Source: a virus
Reading direction: 5' to 3' (one strand)
Length of the DNA: 64,000 nt
IMG/VR virus record: IMGVR_UViG_3300036795_000039
Coordinates: 3,417 to 67,416 of that record
The notes beneath the pieces were generated by a model. It saw only the letters and a program-made list of their open reading frames with translations. It was not told the origin of the DNA and searched no databases. Below are positions 10,106-19,427 of the stretch, piece after piece. Numbering within the stretch: position 1 is the first letter of the stretch; every line of letters starts with the position of its first letter. The translations under genes and the position numbers were made by a program.

Positions 10106-10446
10106 CAGCGTCATTCCCGTCGAAGTTTCCAATCCAGTGGCGGACATGGCAGTCCGGCGGAAGAGACCCGCTGAACAATCCCATCGACGCGTGGGGAGAT
10201 CCCTTCCCCGTCATGGTCATTGGCTGGTCCAGTCGCCGCGTACTCTCGCGTGACGGCGAGCATGAGGTGGAAGACACCGACCACCTCGACCTGATGGTTA
10301 ACAATCAATTCTCTTGGGGCGTAAAGGATCACGTCATCATCCCTGGCCGTGGCGAGTACATGGTCGAGGGCATCAAAGATCCCGGCCACGGCTTCCACGG
10401 ATGGCAGCCAGGCATCACCCTGTCCTTGCTACTCGGGGAGGGCTAA
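10099..10446 (+). CDS. head-to-tail stopper
   Basis: DPLNN.I..W, EY.VEG..D.GHGFHGWQPG..L...EG pattern. Confidence 0.78.
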   Translation: MVTASFPSKFPIQWRTWQSGGRDPLNNPIDAWGDPFPVMVIGWSSRRVLSRDGEHEVEDTDHLDLMVNNQFSWGVKDHVIIPGRGEYMVEGIKDPGHGFHGWQPGITLSLLLGEG

Positions 10447-10748
10447 TGCCATTCGAAAAGAACGAAAGTGGTTGGGACGCAGTCGTTAAGAAGGTTGTCG
10501 AAGAACGGTGTGTACCAATATGTCAGACCATCGCTGACGCGTGCAACGATGATTTAGAGAGGCGCGGGCACCCCACACACAAGACATCCGACGAGCCGGG
10601 CTACATCGTGGGCATCGAGGGCGGAAAGCCATTGGAGCGTCACGACTATCGGTCAACGGTGATCACCAAGACCAATGAGGCCATGGTGGACAACGCCCAA
10701 AACAACACGCTGATTTACAACCTACACAAGGGGGCGGTGTCGGAATGA
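10446..10748 (+). CDS. neck/tail completion protein
   Basis: R.TVIT.T.EAM.DNA.NNTL motif; synteny. Confidence 0.65.
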   Translation: MPFEKNESGWDAVVKKVVEERCVPICQTIADACNDDLERRGHPTHKTSDEPGYIVGIEGGKPLERHDYRSTVITKTNEAMVDNAQNNTLIYNLHKGAVSE

Positions 10749-11191
10749 CTGTTGCCCCAATCTATTTCCCGCTTGTAGTGCAAAAGTTGATCACCTATCT
10801 GAATACTGACTACCCGCAGTCAATGCTGACGGGTGTGCCGGACGCACTCGGTAACTCGCCGGTGCCGTGCGTTGTGGAGTCCGAGGTGCCAAATCCCAGG
10901 CCCCCCAGGCTCGTAACGCTGTTCACCGTTCCCGCAGGGCCTGGGCCGCAAAGTCCCATCCTGTCTACCCGTCGAATCATTTGCCAGATCTACGAGGCAA
11001 GCGAATTCGTGACGGGGAGCCTGGCCGAAACGGCGAGGGGACTGATCGTAGATTGCAAGTACCGCCAGCTAGGGATTAAGCAAGTCAAGGTGACTGGGGA
11101 ACCGGCGAAGTTCCCCGAACCTGGCGAGCCATGGCGCTGGCAGTTCACGGCTGACGTGGTGGTTCGCGCCATCGCGGGGCCTTGGTCCTGA
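10745..11191 (+). CDS. tail terminator protein
   Basis: VPNPRP.R.V and RWQFT motifs; precedes major tail gene. Confidence 0.75.
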   Translation: MTVAPIYFPLVVQKLITYLNTDYPQSMLTGVPDALGNSPVPCVVESEVPNPRPPRLVTLFTVPAGPGPQSPILSTRRIICQIYEASEFVTGSLAETARGLIVDCKYRQLGIKQVKVTGEPAKFPEPGEPWRWQFTADVVVRAIAGPWS

Positions 11192-11207
11192 AAGGGAGTG
11201 TGCCACT

Positions 11208-11834
11208 ATGGCTCAAAACAACGCATTGATTTTTTCCGCCGATCCTGTTGTGGGCGGCGGACTTCGGGTCGCTCCTGTTGGGACCGACCTGTCTTCGATC
11301 TCCGGCTTCAACGCATCCACCGACCTGACCGACTCGTCGTTCGACGTGTGGGTCGACTTGGGCAACATGGGCGATGAGGGGTTCATGGAGAAGCTGGCCA
11401 AGAAGAACGACAAGAAGCGCAACTTTGGCGGCGATATCGTCAAGATCGTCCAGTCGGAGTTCGATGCCACACTGACTTTTACGTTCATGGAGTCGGTGAA
11501 CGGCCTTGTGCTACAAGCGATCTTCGGCGAGGCCAACGTCTTCATCACCCCGGCCACGTCCAGTCACGGTACTCAGGTCATGGTCAACAAGAACGATTTG
11601 CGCGTGCCCGACCAGTCATGGCTGATCGACACCTACGACTCAGAAACGCAAGCGCGCTACCGCAACTGGGTGCCCGATGGCATGATCTTCGACATCGGTG
11701 ACATCAAGGTAGCGACGACCGACATCATCTCCTACAAGGTGACGCTGCAATGCTTCCAGACGGTGCTGGGAGACGGCAGCAAGGCAGCCATCCGTACCTA
11801 CACCGACGACGGAATCCTCGTCACCGGAAGCTAA
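11208..11834 (+). CDS. major tail (tube) protein
   Basis: APVGT, LG..G.EG, FGGD.V, FTFMES, Y.VTL.CF, YTDDG; ends VTGS. Confidence 0.9.
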   Translation: MAQNNALIFSADPVVGGGLRVAPVGTDLSSISGFNASTDLTDSSFDVWVDLGNMGDEGFMEKLAKKNDKKRNFGGDIVKIVQSEFDATLTFTFMESVNGLVLQAIFGEANVFITPATSSHGTQVMVNKNDLRVPDQSWLIDTYDSETQARYRNWVPDGMIFDIGDIKVATTDIISYKVTLQCFQTVLGDGSKAAIRTYTDDGILVTGS

Positions 11835-11843
11835 TTCGGAACA

Positions 11844-11880
11844 GGGGGGGGTTTGGTCCCCGGTCAGCCAGACTCCCCCC
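11844..11880 (+). terminator. GC-rich hairpin after major tail gene (attenuator-like, no U tract)
   Basis: GGGGGGGGTTTGG..CCAGACTCCCCCC inverted repeat. Confidence 0.45.
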
Positions 11881-11893
11881 GCTGCCAGACCGG

Positions 11894-11913
11894 ACTGTCC
11901 CAAAAGGGATAGT
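11894..11913 (+). promoter_or_regulatory. 20-bp palindromic site, copy 2
   Basis: ACTGTCCCAAAAGGGATAGT, intergenic. Confidence 0.75.
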
Positions 11914-11924
11914 GGCAACGAAAG

Positions 11925-12293
11925 GTGAGTACGACAATGGAATTCGACGCACGGTCCAAGGAACCCGACAAGGTTGGCTTCGACTGCAAGGTCATCATGC
12001 CGGACGGCGCAACAGTGGAACTAAAACTCCGCGACTTCGCTGTCATCCCCGGCAACGTGTCCATCGACAACATAGGTAGCGATGAAGGCCAACTATGGGG
12101 ATCTTTTGCGTGGGGGCTGATCGAACCGAAGCACTGGCCGGAAGATTCGGAGAAGCCGCCGCTCAACGTGTTTCGTGAACTGCCGATGTATGTGACCATG
12201 AAGATACACCGCGAGTGGCAGAAAGCTGCGGGTGTGACCCTGGGGGAATCGCCCGCCTCAAAGCCCTCGCCGAAGAGCACGGAGAAGAGTTAG
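11925..12293 (+). CDS. tail assembly chaperone (short form)
   Basis: Between tail tube and tape measure; W....GVTLGES ending at slippery site. Confidence 0.85.
   Translation: MSTTMEFDARSKEPDKVGFDCKVIMPDGATVELKLRDFAVIPGNVSIDNIGSDEGQLWGSFAWGLIEPKHWPEDSEKPPLNVFRELPMYVTMKIHREWQKAAGVTLGESPASKPSPKSTEKS
12242..12248 (+). other. programmed -1 frameshift site GGGGGAA
   Basis: CTG GGG GAA (frame 0) shifts to GGG GGA ATC (-1), joining the ORF ending at 12742; canonical mycobacteriophage slippery heptamer. Confidence 0.88.
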
Positions 12294-12742
12294 AGGCCGA
12301 TCTGCTTGCGGCACCAGGAAACCTACGGTTAAGGAACTGTCCTAGTGAGGATTTCAACTGGCGGGATCTCAAAGTCTTCGTCAAATTCGTTGGAGTCCGA
12401 AGTCACCTGTACCGCAAGCTGTTTCCCGAATCTGCCGACTGGGATCTGTCAAATCAATTGCTGGCAAGCATCATTGACATCCAGCGCTGGTTCCAGTGGG
12501 TTCGCATGGGTGCCGATGACTCTGGCGTGCCACCGCCCGATCCCATTGAGCGCCCAGGTGTTTCGAAACGTAAGGCCGATCACCGACGCGGCAACGCTCC
12601 GCGCTCCGAGACGAACAGGGTACTCAAGATGCGGCTCACCGACGAAGAAGACCCGAACCGTAAAGCCAAGGTGCGCAAGATGTTCAGAGGCCCCAACACC
12701 GGACCTGTACGTGACATCAGAGGGATGAGCAAAGGGAAATGA
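12242..12742 (+). CDS. tail assembly chaperone, frameshifted C-terminal extension
   Basis: -1 frame ORF with W.L.NQLLA and P.PI.RPG motifs. Confidence 0.82.
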   Translation, partial: GGIARLKALAEEHGEELEADLLAAPGNLRLRNCPSEDFNWRDLKVFVKFVGVRSHLYRKLFPESADWDLSNQLLASIIDIQRWFQWVRMGADDSGVPPPDPIERPGVSKRKADHRRGNAPRSETNRVLKMRLTDEEDPNRKAKVRKMFRGPNTGPVRDIRGMSKGK

Positions 12743-15700
12743 CACAGCCGACCGGAGAACATGCCACAGGCGTCGAACTTGCCGCTGGCTATGTCAAGGT
12801 CGATGTTCAAACCAATGAGGGCATCAAACGGCTCAACACCGAACTGGAAGCCACCGAGGCGCACGCCAAGGTTGTCGGCGAACACGCCGGAGCCAACATT
12901 GTCACCGGCATCACTGCGGCGGGGGAGCCTGCGGCCAAAGGCTTTACGGACAAGCTACGTCAATTCGCGCAGGGCGGAACGAAGGATGCCGCCGCCGAGA
13001 CGGCGTCGACGTTCGGCCAGACCTTCAAGGATGCGCTGCGCAACAGCCGTCTGGTGGAAGATTCGGACTGGCTGTTTAACGGCTTCAAAGAGAAGTCGGA
13101 ACTGTATGGGGCAGAAGCCGCCTCGTCATTTCATGGCCGGTTCATTCAGCTACTCGCCGCCAACCGCATCGACGCGGGGCGCGAGGCCGAGGCCACCGGA
13201 GCCGAAGTAGCCGAAGGGCTCAAGAGAGGCACGAGTCGCGCGCTTGAAGCTGGCGGCGAAGGTTTATTCTCCGGCGAGGTATTCAAGAGAGCGTCCGAGG
13301 GCATCCAAGGGTTAGGCCGCAACGCTGGCGAAGCTGGCACAGAGGTAGGCGAAGCCAGCGAGAAACTGGCCGGAATGGGCGGTCTGCTAGCACCTTTCAT
13401 GGACCCCGCCGTGATGGGCGCTGCGGCACCGCTGGCGCTGGCCGCTGGCTTCGGCGTGGTCATCGACAAGCTGTATGAGCTGGGCGAGAAGTGGGAAGAA
13501 GTCAACCACTCGCTGCAAATCCAAACGGGCGCAACAGGAGAACAGCTCAAGGGACTTGAGGAAAACGTCAAAGCCGTTGCGGGACAAGTACCTTTGTCCA
13601 TCCAGAAGGTCGGCTCGATAGTCGCAACCGCCAAAACGGCTTTTCAGGATACCGGGGACGGCATCACCCAGATATCCACCGAGATCGGCAACCTCCAATC
13701 CATGGTCGGCGCAGTGGATCTCACCTCCCTCGGCAGGGGCTTCAGGGCATTCGGGATTGGCGGTGACGCGCAAGCCCAAGTCGATGTAGTCAACCAGTTG
13801 TTCAAGGCGTATCAGGCAACACAGGTGCCGATCAACACACTGGTCGACGCAATGGCGCGGGCCGCGCCCATAGCCAAACAATTTCACCTGTCGATCGGTG
13901 AAACCGTTGCCGTGATGACCCAGTTCGACCAGGCCGGAATCGACCCCAGCAGAACCATGTTCTCATTGGCCAAGGCGGCACAAGAAGCCACAAAGGAACA
14001 CAAGGACTTTTCTACCGTACTAAATGATGAGATCGAGCAGATACGCCACGCCGGTAGCGAGCAGGCCCAATTAGATGTTGCCGGAAAGTTCTTCGGCAAA
14101 ACCTCCGGTCGCGGCGGCGCGGCGCCGATCGTGGCGGCGGTCAACGCCGGTCTGACACTAGATCCGGCGCTGCTGGCACAGATAGAACAAGCCGCCGGGC
14201 TGATCGATAAAACACGCCACGACACTGAGTCATGGGCCGACGTATGGACCATAACGAAGAACCGGATATCCGGTGCGCTGCAACCGATTTCAGACCAGCT
14301 ACGCGAGCATGTGCAGGCCGGGTTCGAGCACATCGCCGAATGGCTGGACGCGAACCAGGGCAAGATCGTTACGTTCGCGACCTCCGTTGTTAACGCTTTC
14401 GAGAAGATAGGCGAGGGCATCTCGGTCGCGTTCAACAAAGCGGTGCCCGTCGTCAAATCCATTATTGAGTATCTGCGACCAGGTATCGATAACCTGATGC
14501 CGCATATCGAGAAGCTGGGCCAGGCGTTCGTGCCGCTGATCAAAGCGCTAGGCACCGACTTGCTGCCGATATTGAAAGTCGTTGGGGAGGCATTGGTTTG
14601 GGCGCTTGGGGAGGCTATCAAGTATGCGCCGCCCGTGGTCGATGCCCTGACGCACATCGTCAATGCTTTGACCGACACGTTCCATTGGCTGCACGACAAC
14701 CTGGGGCCGATATGGAACGAGGTCTTCGGCGATGCTAAGGCTATCATCGATCCGGTTGTCGGTGCGGTAGAAGCCGTTTGGCATGCAGGCGAGAAGGTGG
14801 TCGACTACTTCGACGCCCACATTCTGCCGATCATCAAGAACGTCTTCGGTATCTGGCTCGACCTGATGAAACCCATCATCGCCATCATCGGCGAAACAGT
14901 AAAGGCCGTAACAGGTTTGGGCGAATACATCGGGGACCACCTGGGGCCGATATTCAAGATTGCCGGTGGAATCATCCACGACACCTTCGGGCCGCTGCTG
15001 GACGTCTTCAAGCAGATATGGGACGTTCTCAAGAAGATCGGCGAATACGTCGGCCACGATCTCACCAAAGCGTTCGATGACGTAGGCAAGGCTACCGCCA
15101 GTATCAAGAGTCTGATCGATATGGTTCCCGGCCTTGGGCATTCAGGCGGGGGACCGCCAGCGACGACGCACGGGCAGACCGGACTGGCGCTTGGTGGCTA
15201 CGGCGGCGGCGATATCGTCCCGGCGATGTTGGAGCCCGGCGAGCATGTGTGGACGAAGGAAGAAGTCGCGGCCTTGGGTGGTCATGCAAACATGTATCGG
15301 CTGCGTGCCAAGATCCGTTTCGCCGGACTCCACGATCCTATGCCGATGATTCCCGGCTCCGGCAGTGACCCTGACATCACGAGTGGCGGTCCTATCGTTC
15401 GCGGACCTGGCGGCACATACCACCATGAGCACGGTGACATCATCGGAACACCTTGGGGTGTACCGATGTACGCGCAGGGCGGCGGCATGATTCACCCGGC
15501 TGGTCAAGAGCACCGCGAAAAGTCTTGGGTGATAGACAGATACAAGTTGAGTGAACCCGGCAAGACACATTTCCAGGGCGGCGGCGACGTAGGCCAATCA
15601 TGGTGGAGCGCAATCAAATCCACGTTCGATCCCAACCCGATGAACTGGTTCAAAGACGACCCCGACAAAGAGCTACCGGGCGACGATGCCAGTAGCGGCT

Positions 15701-17526
15701 CCGGTGGCTTCTGGGCCGACATACTGCGATCATTCGTAGGAAGCAAACAGATAGCGCCGGGCGCGGGCTTTGGCCATCCCTTACGGATGCAGGGCGGCGG
15801 CGATGTGCATGACAACCTTGTAGTACCGTCGCTGAAAACCGCTAATCGTCCAGTGGCACCCCATTATGGTGCCGGTAATCGTGACCCCCACGACCCTGTC
15901 GGCGCATTCTGGGACTGGTTGGCAAAGCATCCACCAGACTGGGGAGCACTCAACCCAGAGAGATGGCATTTCCAAGGCGGCGGCGAGGTCGGAGATCCTG
16001 GGCTGGCATCGGTGATAGCTCTACTGTCAGCCGAAAGTGGGCGCACCCCATACGCTTTCGGCGGCTACTCGCCGAGGGGCATCGACTGCTCAGGGCTTGT
16101 CGCTGAAGCGGTGCAGGTCTATCTAGGTGAACAAGTCAACGTAGGTGCGCACCCGATGTCCACCGGCAACGAGGCGAGTTGGCTTGCCGCACACGGCTTT
16201 AAGCAGGGCATCGGGCCGGAGGGCAGTTTCCGTGTCGGCTTCTACAACGGCGGTCCCGGCGGTGGCCACACCGCGCTGACGCTGCCGGACGGCACGAACG
16301 CGGAGGCCGGGGGATCGGGCGGCGGTGTGCGCTTGGGCGGTGGCGCTGCCGGTGCTGGTAGCGCAGAGTTCTCCGACCATTGGTATCTGCCGCCTAGGAG
16401 CGTTGTAGAGCCAGGAGGGTACGGGGGGACCGGGCCGGGCAGTTCGGGAGCCTACGGTGGCGCTGGGGGGGCAGAAGGGGCATCCTACGGCGGTGCCGGG
16501 GGCGGTGGTGGTACTGGGCCGACACCAGAGCAGGTCGCCGGAGTGGATAGCCGCGTATCCAACGCCAACGACAAACTCAACGTGCTCAACCAGAAGATCA
16601 CCGAGGCACAACAGCACCTACAGGAGGTCGAAGCTAAGGCACCGAAGACAGCGAAAGGCGAACCGGGACATGAACGTGCCGTCGCCGCCGCGCAGGAACA
16701 CCTGAAAGACCTTGAGGCACAACGGGATCAGGCGCAAGGAGACCTCGACTCAGTGACACAGGAGCGCGCCAGCCTAACCGGAGACAACGATCCGAAAGCC
16801 CTTGTGTCAGCAAAGGACCGGATCACTGACGCCAACATTCGGCTCAATGATGCGCAGGCCAAACTCGACCGCGACCGCGCCGATCCGAAGAAGAAGCCCT
16901 CCGAGATTATGCAGGATGAGAACAACGTAGCTAGAGCCAAAGAGCGAGTTGCCAAGGCAGAGCAGCACTTACAGGAGCTAGAGTCTAAGCCAGCCAAGCG
17001 GGGCAAAGGCGAGGGCGGCGGCAAGGATGCCGATTTTGTCTCGGCTATCGGGGATGCCGCAGGTAAGGGGCTGCTAGAGAACCTGCCGCAAGGATTCTCC
17101 GACCCAACCTCATGGGGCGGTGTGAAAAGTGCTGCGGCACTGATGAAATTCCTTGCCACCGCAGGCGGGCAACCTGGCAGTCCACTGGGAATGCTTGCGG
17201 CGGCTCGGGGCACTCAGGGCGCAGCCGGACTCAGCCTGTTCGGCGACATACTCGGCGGCAAAGGCGGCGACGCAGGCAAAGACATTGCTAGCCTTATCAA
17301 TCCACAGGCGTACACGGCCAGCGGCGGTGGGCTTACTGCGTCGAATCCCACACTGCCGCCGGACATGAAGACAGCGGGCGGCGGCAATACGGCCAACGTC
17401 AACAACACGCAGAACATCACCAACAATGGTGTCGATCCAGCGAAAGCGACCGTGGAGCAGACTGCGGCTCTGCATCGCGGGATACGTTCTGATGTAGGGC
17501 TAGCAAGATATGCGACGACACCATGA
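12739..17526 (+). CDS. tape measure protein with NlpC/P60-like peptidoglycan peptidase domain
   Basis: 1595 aa; ELAAGYV N-terminus; helical W/F repeats; D.VPAMLEPGEHV; DCSGLV...GGGHTA catalytic Cys/His; C-terminal coiled coil. Confidence 0.92.
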   Translation: MTQPTGEHATGVELAAGYVKVDVQTNEGIKRLNTELEATEAHAKVVGEHAGANIVTGITAAGEPAAKGFTDKLRQFAQGGTKDAAAETASTFGQTFKDALRNSRLVEDSDWLFNGFKEKSELYGAEAASSFHGRFIQLLAANRIDAGREAEATGAEVAEGLKRGTSRALEAGGEGLFSGEVFKRASEGIQGLGRNAGEAGTEVGEASEKLAGMGGLLAPFMDPAVMGAAAPLALAAGFGVVIDKLYELGEKWEEVNHSLQIQTGATGEQLKGLEENVKAVAGQVPLSIQKVGSIVATAKTAFQDTGDGITQISTEIGNLQSMVGAVDLTSLGRGFRAFGIGGDAQAQVDVVNQLFKAYQATQVPINTLVDAMARAAPIAKQFHLSIGETVAVMTQFDQAGIDPSRTMFSLAKAAQEATKEHKDFSTVLNDEIEQIRHAGSEQAQLDVAGKFFGKTSGRGGAAPIVAAVNAGLTLDPALLAQIEQAAGLIDKTRHDTESWADVWTITKNRISGALQPISDQLREHVQAGFEHIAEWLDANQGKIVTFATSVVNAFEKIGEGISVAFNKAVPVVKSIIEYLRPGIDNLMPHIEKLGQAFVPLIKALGTDLLPILKVVGEALVWALGEAIKYAPPVVDALTHIVNALTDTFHWLHDNLGPIWNEVFGDAKAIIDPVVGAVEAVWHAGEKVVDYFDAHILPIIKNVFGIWLDLMKPIIAIIGETVKAVTGLGEYIGDHLGPIFKIAGGIIHDTFGPLLDVFKQIWDVLKKIGEYVGHDLTKAFDDVGKATASIKSLIDMVPGLGHSGGGPPATTHGQTGLALGGYGGGDIVPAMLEPGEHVWTKEEVAALGGHANMYRLRAKIRFAGLHDPMPMIPGSGSDPDITSGGPIVRGPGGTYHHEHGDIIGTPWGVPMYAQGGGMIHPAGQEHREKSWVIDRYKLSEPGKTHFQGGGDVGQSWWSAIKSTFDPNPMNWFKDDPDKELPGDDASSGSGGFWADILRSFVGSKQIAPGAGFGHPLRMQGGGDVHDNLVVPSLKTANRPVAPHYGAGNRDPHDPVGAFWDWLAKHPPDWGALNPERWHFQGGGEVGDPGLASVIALLSAESGRTPYAFGGYSPRGIDCSGLVAEAVQVYLGEQVNVGAHPMSTGNEASWLAAHGFKQGIGPEGSFRVGFYNGGPGGGHTALTLPDGTNAEAGGSGGGVRLGGGAAGAGSAEFSDHWYLPPRSVVEPGGYGGTGPGSSGAYGGAGGAEGASYGGAGGGGGTGPTPEQVAGVDSRVSNANDKLNVLNQKITEAQQHLQEVEAKAPKTAKGEPGHERAVAAAQEHLKDLEAQRDQAQGDLDSVTQERASLTGDNDPKALVSAKDRITDANIRLNDAQAKLDRDRADPKKKPSEIMQDENNVARAKERVAKAEQHLQELESKPAKRGKGEGGGKDADFVSAIGDAAGKGLLENLPQGFSDPTSWGGVKSAAALMKFLATAGGQPGSPLGMLAAARGTQGAAGLSLFGDILGGKGGDAGKDIASLINPQAYTASGGGLTASNPTLPPDMKTAGGGNTANVNNTQNITNNGVDPAKATVEQTAALHRGIRSDVGLARYATTP

Positions 17527-18887
17527 GCGAGATATTCGACGGGATATTCCAAGACATCACCGGCGTATTCGGCCAGGTGTTCAATGCTGTTGGCTCCCTT
17601 GGTGCTTCGTTCATCAACCCGGCGGGCGAGGTCCCGGTCTACAACGTCGGAATCAGCACCGGCAGAACAGTGCCATCGATACCGGGGCAGGCGAACACAC
17701 TGCCGAACGACGCTGCGGACGATATGCTGCCGTGGGAGGTCGGTCCACCCAACGGCGAAACAGACTTCTACCGCATAGACACACGGTTGCAGGCGCTAGA
17801 GACGCGCATCATTTACATCGGCGTACCAGACCCACTGCTGGGCGGGCAGCGGCGCTGGTGGGAGCTGAACGGCAAATACGCTGGGGCGCAAGGACTTATG
17901 TGCGGCGAGCAATTCGCAGGTCTAATGCACTCACCGTTCGATTTGAAGATCGAATCAGGTGCCTACGAGATAGGCGGGACGTGGGAACGCACCGACTGGA
18001 ACCCTAAGACCATGAGTATGGCGGCGATGGTCAACGCCACCATGGGGCCGAACGCAAACTCGTTTGCCTACCGGATGCTTGAGCAGGCGTGGTGGAACTC
18101 ATGGGACACTGACAGCGACGGCTGGCTGGGCGTGTACACGAGAACCCACGGCTGGCGGTTCATTCCGGTGCGCCTGGCCAACATGAGCAAAACGGCATTC
18201 GAGATCGATCCCGTGTCGCACAACAACTGCTTCATGGAATGGGACATGGATATCCTTGCCTTGTACCCGTTTTACGCGAAGCGGTCCATCACGCAGACAT
18301 GGACAAACACATCGGCGACGTCCACTGTGTGGAATGAGATCATCGACACCATCGAGAGCGTCCTGGCCACGCTGATCGCTGATCTAGGTCCGCTGGCACA
18401 GGGATCAAGCCAGGTGCTGGCCAACGCTTTGCCGGGCAGACAGGTTGGCTCCCATACCTTTTCGATAGCCAACAGGGGAACATGGGGCGCTTACCCGAAG
18501 TACATCGTGTCGCCGCCGGGGATAGCGTGGATTCAGAACGGCTGGAACGCAGACGGCTCCCCGCAGATGCTCCAATTGCCTTTGCTCACACCGGAAGACG
18601 GCTACGTTCTGGTGGACACCGACCCCGACGCCCGCACTCTTACGTGTGTCACAGACCCGGTCGACCCGCTGTTCATGCAGATCCTACAAAACTCGTCGCT
18701 GCTGGAAATCCTTCTCGGGCCTGAGATTAACTCCACCAAGCCCATCTGGCAGCAGTTCAAATACAGCTTCACCGAGGCCGCGCTGATACCGCCGCAGACC
18801 GTAGCCAGCCTCACCGCGTGGCACTCCGACGAGTCCGGCACCGTGACATGCATCATGCCACAGCAGTACAAGATGGCCTGGGGGTGA
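17523..18887 (+). CDS. minor tail protein (distal tail-like)
   Basis: Follows tape measure; W.L.G..AG.QG, HGWR...VRL motifs. Confidence 0.8.
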   Translation: MSEIFDGIFQDITGVFGQVFNAVGSLGASFINPAGEVPVYNVGISTGRTVPSIPGQANTLPNDAADDMLPWEVGPPNGETDFYRIDTRLQALETRIIYIGVPDPLLGGQRRWWELNGKYAGAQGLMCGEQFAGLMHSPFDLKIESGAYEIGGTWERTDWNPKTMSMAAMVNATMGPNANSFAYRMLEQAWWNSWDTDSDGWLGVYTRTHGWRFIPVRLANMSKTAFEIDPVSHNNCFMEWDMDILALYPFYAKRSITQTWTNTSATSTVWNEIIDTIESVLATLIADLGPLAQGSSQVLANALPGRQVGSHTFSIANRGTWGAYPKYIVSPPGIAWIQNGWNADGSPQMLQLPLLTPEDGYVLVDTDPDARTLTCVTDPVDPLFMQILQNSSLLEILLGPEINSTKPIWQQFKYSFTEAALIPPQTVASLTAWHSDESGTVTCIMPQQYKMAWG

Positions 18888-18920
18888 ATTGGCAGAACGG
18901 TCGCGTGGTACTATGACGGA

Positions 18921-19421
18921 ATGCGAAAGGTTGTATTCCCAAGTCCCACAGTCGAAGAACGCTATTGGTCGCATGTTGACATGCGCGGCCCAGATGAATG
19001 CTGGCCCTGGACTGGCGCAAGAAGTAAAGGCTACGGCAAAATTTGGGTCGGCTACGATGCAGACGGTAAAATTATCATGCACCGTGCAACTCGCGTCGGG
19101 TGGAAACTCGTACACGGTCGCGAGCCCGGTGAGCGCCATGTCCGGCACACGTGCGATAACCCACCATGTCAGAATCCGAAACACTGGATACTCGGAACAC
19201 ATCAGCGAAACATGGACGACATGGCAATACGTGGACGCGCCAAGTACGTTCGCGGGGAGCGGCACGGAAAGTCTAAACTCACTGAGCACCAAGTCCTTTC
19301 GATACGATCCATGTACACGGCGGGGTATCGGCAGGCTGACATCGCAAGGCACTACGGCGTCACACAGGCTAACATCGGCGAGATCATTAAAGGGAAGACC
19401 TGGCAGCACCTATTGGGATGA
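18921..19421 (+). CDS. HNH homing endonuclease with C-terminal HTH, inserted between minor tail genes
   Basis: ECWPWTG..GYG, RHTCDNPPCQNPKH..GT...N..D, SKLTE..V..IR. Confidence 0.9.
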   Translation: MRKVVFPSPTVEERYWSHVDMRGPDECWPWTGARSKGYGKIWVGYDADGKIIMHRATRVGWKLVHGREPGERHVRHTCDNPPCQNPKHWILGTHQRNMDDMAIRGRAKYVRGERHGKSKLTEHQVLSIRSMYTAGYRQADIARHYGVTQANIGEIIKGKTWQHLLG

Positions 19422-19427
19422 TGCCTA

